Below, piece after piece: positions 55,721 through 64,000 of a DNA stretch of 64,000 nt (the first letter of the stretch is position 1; every line of letters starts with the position of its first letter). The stretch covers positions 126,294,001-126,358,000 of the forward strand of contig NC_058386.1 of the NCBI RefSeq assembly GCF_018350175.1, written 5' to 3'. The DNA comes from Felis catus (lineage: Eukaryota). The notes under the pieces were generated by a model. That model saw only the letters and a program-made list of their open reading frames with translations. It searched no databases and was not told the DNA's origin. Made by a program: the position numbers and the translations under genes.

Positions 55721-56007
55721 GCCCGCTCCTAATCACCAGAGGGTTCTTGTGGCTCCTGAGCCAGGAGGCGCTGGCACAAGGGACTCAGCGACCATCTCTA
55801 GGGTCTGGCTGAAACGCGCATCTGTGTTGCACCCCTGCGGTAGGCAGTTGCTGCCCCAGGCCGCCATCCAGCCCTGGCTTTGGTTGAGAATCCCCCGCTC
55901 CCTCCCACAGCTCGTGGGTACCCAGGGGGCTGCCCTCCCCACCACCCACCCCACCCCCGGCCAAAATCATCAGAACAGGACGTGCTTCTGACCAATGAAA
56001 GATAGCA

Positions 56008-56013
56008 TTTATT
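56008..56013 (-). terminator. UBL4A polyadenylation signal
   Basis: TTTATT on + strand = AATAAA about 1.6 kb after the stop. Confidence 0.7.
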
Positions 56014-57595
56014 GGCTGGGGGCGTCAGAGAAGGAAGCTACGCCGCAGGCCGAGGCGGTGCTCCCGGCTGGGTGCGAGCTAGAGGTTTGGCAGAAACCGC
56101 AGGCCGCCATCTTCAGAACCTCAGGCAGCAGCCTGGGGTGGAGAGCCAGAGGGGAGGCGGGAAGACACTAGGCGTTTGGTGAAATTGTTCATCTGCTGCC
56201 AATATCCCGGGGACTTCTCAGATCTGTAAACTGTTTCCTTTATCGTTTAGACCAATTTCTTTCATGGTTAAACCAATCGTTGGAAACCGAAAGCAGCCTG
56301 GCTAATATTGTTCCTTTCGGATACAAGTCAGTTTCACGTTCACCTTTAATGGGATTCAAAATTTCAACAAACGTTTCCTGACTGAAAATAAGACGGGAGC
56401 ATTGGTAAGTCACACGAGCTGCTATACTCCCAGCTCTCAGGCAGAGCCAAGGACTTGTCTGCTCTTCAAAGCCTGGGGACCCAGCGTTCACCCCATGAGG
56501 ACCAGGCAGGAGAGTGGCTTCCTTCTAGCCTCGACCGACCTAGGTGTCCTCCTCCAAGGAGCTGGTGACTAGATGACCTCTAGTGCCCGCACATCAGGCA
56601 AGGTGGGAGGCTCGGTGCCACCAGCCCACGCTTCTGCCCCCTTCCCAGCACCCTGAGGTTTCCCTTCAGGCAGTGAGGGGTGTGCAAAGTGAAAGCCCCT
56701 GTACGTGCGGCAGGGGAAGGGGTCCACTTCCACACCGTGGGTGAGTGCAGGGTGTGGGGGCCTGTCCAAGGCTGAGTGACCTCGAGTCAGTCACCTGTCA
56801 TCCCTAAGAGGTGAGAAATGCCCATGTCCAGGCGGAGACAAGCAGAGGGAGTAGCGAAGGGCTGTGACGCGAGGGGCCGGGCCGTCGCATTTCTGGGCCA
56901 CGCTTGGCCGTTGCTCCGTTTGGGGTCTGCTTACAGAGCGTGGGGTGGACGGAGTGGTGCAGGCCCCTCACCCCAGGACTGGGTAAGAATGAAGGAAATG
57001 GAGGTTTCGAGAGTGGCCCTCACTGGGCAGAGTTAACACCTAGGGACCCACGTGGCACAGGGACTCGTCTGAGGTCATACCACACAGGTCCGTGACTCCC
57101 CAGCCCGCTTTTCCTTGTCGAGCGCCCACTGGCTGTGGCAGCGGAAGGGCAGCCCGGGGCTGGTTGTCACTTGACCTCCTGCCAATGCCGCACCTGTCAG
57201 AGGTCAGGTGACAGGATTGGGCAGCAGGCGCCAGCAGCTTCACTTCTCAGGCCTCAAGAGGAGCCGCTAGAGGATTTGTTCTCAGCGGGCTAAACAAGAC
57301 TTGCCAAAGGCCGTCCGTCGGAACCCTTCCGAACGGTCCCTGTTTTTCCTGGGCACTCGGAGGCATTTTTAGAATCCGGCTGGACTCAGACGCTGGCTCC
57401 CTCACTTCACTGCTGGGAGCCTCGTTGTCTTACCTTTTGTGTGAGGCGTGGGAGCAAACCCAGGCAAGAACCAGGCGTGGACACCCAGGTACTGCCAGGT
57501 ATTACTATTATTATGAGCCAGATTGCGACGGGAGAACACGTTTAATGCTACATGCAGCTTGTAGCCTGGCTGGGCTCCTCCCCACACTGGGAATC

Positions 57596-58563
57596 TTATT
57601 TGGGGAACCCCTTCTCCATGGCTTCAGTTACTTCGGGGTGCAGAAAGCGGCTAGCCAAGCGTTCGATGTCATCCAGCGTCAGGCGGTTCAGGGACCTCTC
57701 GTAATCCTGAGGAGAGAAGGCCAGGAGGATTCGGGGGTGCCAATGGGGGGGGGTACACTAAGACAGAGTCAGGGGACGGGAGCAGCCGGGCCGGGAGCGG
57801 ATGTCCTGGGCTACCGTTCTCACCCTCTGTAGTTGATCCAGGACTCTGCTGGCATCTGCCGCGCTGAAGTGGCGGGCCAAGACTTTGGAGATCAGCTGCC
57901 AGGCTGGTGGGGGTGGCGGCGGGGCCTCGGCCAGTCTCCGGGCAGCGCTTTCTTCCAGTAACACCTTCTCCAGAGGTTTGACCACTAGGTTGAGCTTGGA
58001 ATTGGGCCCAACACTGTAATCGGAGAGTCTTTTCCCATCTGCCAAAGAGAGATTGATGGAATCGTTACGTGCAGCGCAGCTCTGCGGCATCTGTCTGAGG
58101 AGGGTTCAGTCACCTCCCCGAAGGTAGAGTGGCCAGCACTCCAGCCATCACACTGCTCCTCGGGCTCGGCCTAGGCACCCCGTCCCCTGAATTCCTGCGG
58201 GGCTCCCTGGGCGTCTCCTCTTGCCGGGTACCTGCCAGGGCCTTGCCCTTGAACAGCAGCCGCTGCTGGCGCACCGGGACGTTCAGCTTCTCGGAGACCA
58301 GATGTTTCAGCGTGGACACCGGCTCGTCCTCCGACACCTGGCCGGGCCGAGGGCAGGAGGCAGGAGTTGAGGCCGCGGCCCCCGCAGACGGCGGCTCTCC
58401 CGGCCGCCCCCTCCCCCCCCCCGACCCCCAGCCCGTCCCCGCCCTCGGCCCGACCCCGCGCCCAGGGGGTGGTGAGTGCCCGAGCCGGCAGGCCGGCGGG
58501 GGCCCGCGACGCTACCTGCAGGCTGCACTCACGGCCCTGGAGCGCTTTCACCGTCAGCTGCAT
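57596..58563 (-). CDS. UBL4A: Ubiquitin-like protein 4A (GDX/Get5 orthologue, BAG6 complex), 159 aa, 4 exons
   Basis: Exons 58563-58516, 58337-58232, 58038-57824, 57706-57596 total 480 nt; MQLTVKALQGRECSLQVSEDEPVSTLKHLVSEKLNVPVRQQRLLFKGKALADGKRLSDYSVGPNSKLNLVVK...DIERLASRFLHPEVTEAMEKGFPK*. Confidence 0.97.
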
Positions 58564-58980
58564 GGCGGCCGCGGCGGCGTCCACTGCGGCCGGCGCGCGC
58601 CCCACCGCCCCCCGCTGCGCGCCGCCGCCCCGGGCGCGCGCCGGAACCGCCCGCCGCTACCGGAAGCAGCGCGAGGGGCGCGCCCCGGCCCCGCCCCCCG
58701 CCCCGCCCCGCCCCGCGCGCCGGGGCCCGGCCCCCGCCCCCGGCGCCGGAGGAGTCACCTTGGCGTCCGGCCTGGCGAACGCCCGGGCCGACGGATTCGC
58801 CTGCCACGGGAGGGAGGAGGAGCGAGTGGGGCCGGATGGGCTTCGTCGGGGAGCTGGGGTTTGGGAGGGGGGGGGCCGCCCCCGGCCGACTGACGGGCGA
58901 GTCGGCGCGAACCCCGACTCTCCCTCTCGGGAGTCCACGTAGTGGCCCGGCCCTGCCAAGCTTGCCCCACTGCTCGCGGG
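58340..58980 (-). promoter_or_regulatory. UBL4A CpG island promoter
   Basis: CpG-rich; ETS-type CCGGAA near 58641 and 58660; clustered GC boxes at about 58688-58740. Confidence 0.8.
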
Positions 58981-59277
58981 GCCTTCTGCCTCCTCTTTTC
59001 TAGTCTGGCCGCAGAAAACTGAGCTTGGGAGCTGGCTGCGGAGCCCGGCCTCTGCCCTCATTCTCCCACGCTCCTTCTAGAACAGCAGGGCCCACCTCTC
59101 CAAGAGAGGGGATGCGTGGGGAGGGAGAGTTGAGACAGAAAGTCTGTGCACGGGTCACCACTGCCACCCACGCCAGTCCTCCACCCTGGCCCACATCTAC
59201 CCAGCCGCACCGTTCCTACCCCACTCCCCAGGCCCCAAAGGTCAAAGACTGGGAGGCACCCGAGCTTGCTTCTCTCT

Positions 59278-59283
59278 TTTATT
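59278..59283 (-). terminator. SLC10A3 polyadenylation signal
   Basis: TTTATT on + strand = AATAAA about 215 nt after the stop. Confidence 0.8.
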
Positions 59284-59497
59284 GAAATATATTTTCTGAG
59301 CAGTGCCCACCTACCTAACTCAGCGTGGCCTCTTTGGCACTGAAAGCTGGAGAATAAAAAACCGGTAAAAAAAATAAGCCTGGATTGTTTTCTGAGTGCA
59401 TAGTGCATGAGAGCCAAAGGCCTTTGGTACAGGAGAGCTGTGGGGGCGGTGGCTGGAGGCCGCAGGCGACGCGTGGTGGAAGCTGGACCCAGGGGCC

Positions 59498-60931
59498 TCA
59501 GGGGACTGGGCACAGGCTGCTATAGATGAGGTGGCCAACAACCAAGGCCAGCATCTCCGAGGTGCCGCTCAGCGCTACAATGAAGGGGGCCTGGGAGGCG
59601 TAGTCGGCTTGAAGGCGACGGAGGGACAGCTGCAGCATGGCCAAGGCCAGCAGGCTGTTCTGGACCCCTACCTCAATGCTGACCGTCCGCCGCTGTGCCG
59701 CCGGCAGCTTCAGGCACATGGCCAGGCAGTAGCCCACCAGGAGGCCGACCAGGGGCACCGTGAGGCCCACCAGCACGATAGGGAGCCTGACACCCGCCAG
59801 GATGAAGACCCCCATGCGGTAGGCCAGGAAGAGGCCACCCAGGAGCAGCACGAAGCTGAAAGGCTTGATGACGTGCAGCAGCAGCTGGGAGAACTTGGGG
59901 AGCTTGGACCTGATCACCACGCCGGCTGCTATGGGGATGGCGATGAACAGCAGGGTCCCCAGGATCTTGGAGATGGGCACGTGGAGCGTTTCATGGATGC
60001 TGAGCAGGCGGCTGTAGACGGCGGAGGACAACGGCAGGAAACCGGTGGCAGCCACCGTGGAGATGAACGTCATGGAGATGGCCAGGGTGACGTCCCCTCC
60101 GAGGAGGAGGCTGAAGAGGTAGCTCCCCCCGCCGCCGGGTGACGAGCAGGTGATGATGAGGCCTAGAGCCAGGGCCTTGGGCAGCACGAAGACCTTGGCC
60201 ATCAGGAAAGCATAGAAGGGCATGACCAAAAACTGGCCCAGGAGGCCCAGCAGCATGGGCTGGGGGCTCTGCAGGAGCCCTTTCAGAACCTCGAGTTCCA
60301 CTTTGCACCCAAATGAACACTTGTTGACAAAGATCAGAGGCAGGAGCAAGTAGAGAATCGGGTTCTCTGAGAAGTGGACCAGGTCAGCGCCGAGGGTGGC
60401 GGGAGCATCTTCGGCAGGTGAGACCTTGATGCAGAAATCTCTCCGTTCCTCAATTAGCATGGGCGGGGCCTCATGGGGGTCCAGGAGCTGAATGAGGAGC
60501 GGGGCTAGCCCAGGCAGGCCCGAGTGGATGCTCACCACGAAGCCGCCCCCACCGCCCCAGGTGATGGCACTCACATTCTTGATGGTCAGCACCTCCGTGT
60601 CGAGGGAGGTGACCCTCAGCATGGGGCCAGGCCCTGTCCTGTTGCCCTGGCCCGGGTACTGGCTCGAGATCACAATGATGCCCTCGCTCTCCTCTGGGAA
60701 CTCAAACTCCATCACAGAGCCGTCCCCAATGCTCAAGTATCGGCCCCCTGTCAGGGGCACCCTGTGGCCCAGAGCTGTGCTGAGGTTGGCACTGGCTGTT
60801 CCCCTGGCCCCCAAAGGCAGGCTGGCCAGAAGCAAGGAAGCCCTGAGCATGCCTAGGGGGCCTCGGCAACCGCCACCCCCTCCCAGGCAAGGCCACCACT
60901 GGGAGCTGCTTCTGCCCCTCCTGAACACCAT
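59498..60931 (-). CDS. SLC10A3: SLC10A3 (P3 protein), sodium/bile-acid symporter family, 477 aa, single coding exon
   Basis: Uninterrupted 477-codon ORF with many TM segments and SBF-family motifs (GLLGQFLVMP, CSSPGGGGSYLFSLLLGGDVTLAISMT, RRTVSIEVGVQNSLLALA); good Kozak gccATGg; acceptor at 61070/61069. Confidence 0.97.
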   Translation of the reverse strand: MVFRRGRSSSQWWPCLGGGGGCRGPLGMLRASLLLASLPLGARGTASANLSTALGHRVPLTGGRYLSIGDGSVMEFEFPEESEGIIVISSQYPGQGNRTGPGPMLRVTSLDTEVLTIKNVSAITWGGGGGFVVSIHSGLPGLAPLLIQLLDPHEAPPMLIEERRDFCIKVSPAEDAPATLGADLVHFSENPILYLLLPLIFVNKCSFGCKVELEVLKGLLQSPQPMLLGLLGQFLVMPFYAFLMAKVFVLPKALALGLIITCSSPGGGGSYLFSLLLGGDVTLAISMTFISTVAATGFLPLSSAVYSRLLSIHETLHVPISKILGTLLFIAIPIAAGVVIRSKLPKFSQLLLHVIKPFSFVLLLGGLFLAYRMGVFILAGVRLPIVLVGLTVPLVGLLVGYCLAMCLKLPAAQRRTVSIEVGVQNSLLALAMLQLSLRRLQADYASQAPFIVALSGTSEMLALVVGHLIYSSLCPVP

Positions 60932-62689
60932 GGCTCTTCGCTGAGGACAGTGTGGCCAGGCCCTCTGTGGCTTAGGAGAACAGCCCCGCTGGTGCCGTTG
61001 GGCCGTCCGGAGAAGGGTCCATGGGCCGGGCCTGGCCCTGTGCTGTGCTCCTTGATGGCAGAGCTCTTCCTGAGGACAGACGGGACACAGAAAGGTGGCT
61101 GGTCAGGGTGACCAGCTGTGAGGCCGGGAGCGAGGGGATCGGTGAGCCCGCCTGCTGGGACACGCAGCAGAGCCCCTAGACCCAAACCCTGGGACAAGAA
61201 GGCAATGGCTAGCGTTGACCCTTAAGTGCCATTTGCCTGTCCCCTCCTCCAGCGTACCTGCGCCGAGTTTCCCATCCCTCGCCCACAGGGGCCACCTACA
61301 CATAGGAGTTCCTGTTCAGCCTGCTGATCTCCCTGGGCTTTTCCAGTACAGTGAACATGCAGAAATGTCCTGATACCGAGGGACTTGGGAGAGCCACCCC
61401 GTAGTCCCATCACCACTAGCCTGTTCCCCGCGGGCTTTGAGCTATAGAGGGGCCATAGCTATACCACAACCAGGATGAAATCTCTGAAAGGCTGCGTGGG
61501 GATGCCAAGGAGACAAGTCTGGTGGGAGCAAAGGGTGTCTGACTGTCACCTGCCAGGCAGAAAGCAGCTGGCAAAGGGGCGTGTGCGGTGGGGCCTTGGG
61601 GGCTGATGTCTACCATGGATGTGGAGTTATGAATGGTGCTGCAGTGGCTACCTGGCCTACCCTACGCGCGGACGGTGGTGAGATGGGGGTCCTGGGATGG
61701 GGGGCAGGTCCTCTCTCTCCAGGGAGCCTGCTGGAAGGGGAAGCAGGAGGGGGTCAAATAGGACCACGTGCTTGTTAGGTGCTTTTCTTCCTCCTGTCAG
61801 AGCTCCAACTCATCTGTCCCCAGAATCTGAGCTGCTAGAAGCAATGTGTCACATCTGAGAGGCTCTGCTCAGGGTCCAGAGCCCAGAACTTCCAGTGGGA
61901 CCTAGTGTTTCCAGTGGGGGAAGGTGCCTCGGGATGGAAAGAGGTTTGCTTGCTTCCTCTTCTCAATTTGGGCTGTCACCAGCCTGTAGTCACATCACCT
62001 GCTGGAACTGGGGCAACCAGGATGGGGCCACAGTGGTTTATCATCACTACTGTCGTTTTCCTCTCGGTGCCTGATTGCAGTGTCCCAGTCCTGGAAGAGG
62101 CTCTGGCCTCTCGACATCCTATCAGTCTTTGGCCCTGTCCCCCGTCATCTGAGCCTGGGGAGCAGGGGAAGTAGGGTGAATGGGCAGGTTAAGCAAAAAC
62201 TCATCCCTGGAGAGGTCCCCTCTTACCCGCTGCATGCCATGGCCTCTGCTGCTTTGGAGTTTGGGGGTCACTTACCCTGGAGGCCTTGGTCCAGCTTTGC
62301 ATCCCACCGCTGAAGAGGGAGGCAGGAAAACCAGAGGGAGTATGAGAAGCAAAGTGGAGGGGAGTCACAGGGAAAAGATGACAGCACCCAGGACTGAAGC
62401 CACCGGGGTGGTGTGATGGTTCCTCCCTCCAGGAGGGAGGAGGCTAAGGGCCATCCACCCTGTCCTTCCAGTACTGCTGGCGGCTTTGAGTCACTGCAAG
62501 AGAGGTCTGGCCCAGATCCCACACCATTTCTGCTTGAGGGGCTGGAAGACTTTGAGCAGATGCACCCCAAGGCAGGGGAGGGAACCCTGGGCCGGCCGCT
62601 TTTTCCACACAGGCCGTGAGTTCGGTGTTTGGGCAGTTGGCATTGCCGACCCGGGGCTCCTCCCTACCTGGGACTCCGGAAGTTGCCGG

Positions 62690-63460
62690 GTTGGGCACAG
62701 AGCTCGAGCGCGAACCGAGGAGGGAGGGGCGCGCCGCCGCCGGGCTCTCGCTGTCGTCCTGCAGTCGGCAGGCGGGTGACCCGTCCGGGCGGTCCCGGGA
62801 TCGCGCTACGGGCCCTCACGCCACTCCCAGGCCCTGCGGCCGCGCCCGTCGGGCCCGGCCGCCCGAGCGGGCGAGCACGGACCCGGGCCGGGGCCAGAGG
62901 CTGCGTTCCGCCCTCCCTTTCCGGCCCAGAGCGCTCACCCGCCGCCGCGGCCCGGGAGTTTGGCGCCGGCGCCAGCGCCTGCCGGCCCGGCGGACGCCTG
63001 CGAGCTGGGCCCGCCGGGGCCCGGCCCTGCCCCGCCCCGCCCCACCCCACCCCACCCCACCCCACCCCACCCCACCCCACCCCACCCCGCCCACAGGGGC
63101 CCCGGCCCCGCCCCGCCGAGGCCCCGCCCCTCCCTGCAGCGGCCGGCTCACCTCTAGCGACCGGGGCCGGTTCCGACCGGATGTGACGTATCCGGGAGCG
63201 ACGAGTCGGCGCGGGCTCGAGGCCCCGGATGCCTTCCGGGTCGTGGCTGGTCCACGCCGTGGGGCTGAGTCTTCTGCGCTTGTTGCCGGGACGACCCGCT
63301 CCGGGTTAGGGGCCCTGGTCGGGCCCAAACGCTCTGCGACCCCTGGGGGCAGTGGGACACGGGCTTAGCCGCTAGCAGGGCCGGATCGCCAGCGGGCCGC
63401 CGGTGGTGGCGGGAGCCCAGGGTCAGGCGCCGCCTATTCCCACCTTCCTTCGTTCGGCCG
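62690..63460 (-). promoter_or_regulatory. SLC10A3 CpG island promoter with candidate non-coding first exon(s)
   Basis: CpG-rich; minus-strand GTGAGC donors at 62938 and 63151; ETS/CRE element at 63177-63195. Confidence 0.7.
63030..63092. repeat. (CCCCA)9 pentanucleotide repeat flanked by CCCCG units
   Basis: Read directly from the sequence. Confidence 0.95.
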
Positions 63461-63779
63461 TGGACCCAGTGTCTAGTTCCACACTGTGGGACATCAGGGG
63501 GCTTGTCCGCTTTTCAAAACTTTTTGGCGCCAGCAGCAGGGTCTGAAGGCCTCACGGACAAGGAATAGACAATCAGATGGCATAAGTTGGGCAAAATGGG
63601 GAGACAATAAGCAAGTGCTGAGTCTAAGGAAACTTGCATGTTCCGAAAGGCTGCTGGAAGAACTTGTCACGGCTGTGACGGAAGCTGGTGGCCCCCAGAG
63701 TTACAGGTACTTGCCCACGGCAGGTGCACAAGACACATCGTTGAGAACGTAACCAAAACAAAACGGCATTTGTATTTTA

Positions 63780-63993
63780 ATTTTTATTTATTTTTAACGT
63801 TTATTTTTGAGACAGAGAGAGACAGAGCATGAACGAGGGAGGGTCAGACAGAGGGAGACACAGAATCCGAAAAAACAGGCTCCAGGCTCTGAGCTGTCAG
63901 CACAGAGCCCGACGCGTGGCTCGAACTCACGGACTGCGAGATCATGACCTGAGCCGAAGTCGGATGCTTAACCGACTGAGCCACCCAGGCGCC
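63780..63993 (-). mobile_element. SINEC
   Basis: Reverse-oriented full CAN-SINE. Confidence 0.93.
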
Positions 63994-64000
63994 TCTGTAT

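Noticed and set aside
55137-55991. 284 aa ORF between LAGE3 and UBL4A
   Set aside because: Overlaps a probable L2 remnant, non-ATG start, no recognisable domain
59531-60944. Antisense ORFs within SLC10A3
   Set aside because: Shadow ORFs from high GC3 codon usage

Overview
Mammalian (carnivore, almost certainly felid, judged from CAN-SINE/SINEC_Fc-type elements) GC-rich, gene-dense segment syntenic with human Xq28. Order: 3' half of ATP6AP1 (+), GDI1 (+), FAM50A (+), an ~11 kb nested-repeat spacer, PLXNA3 (+), then the convergent minus-strand genes LAGE3, UBL4A and SLC10A3. I reconstructed exon structures by hand from GT-AG boundaries. The spliced CDSs are open: GDI1 447 aa, FAM50A 339 aa, PLXNA3 1872 aa (50 codons lie in an N gap), LAGE3 153 aa, UBL4A 159 aa, SLC10A3 477 aa. 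Most ORF-track entries are exon fragments, SINE translations or GC-rich noise. I see no evidence of a wholly new gene system. The most notable signals are a U12 (minor spliceosome)-type intron in LAGE3, a uORF in the SLC10A3 leader, a dense TF-motif island between FAM50A and PLXNA3, G-quadruplex-prone repeats, repeated SINE insertion at one target site, and a frame-exact N gap. Gene identities, exon numbers and human comparisons are from memory, not database searches; repeat subfamily names are approximate.
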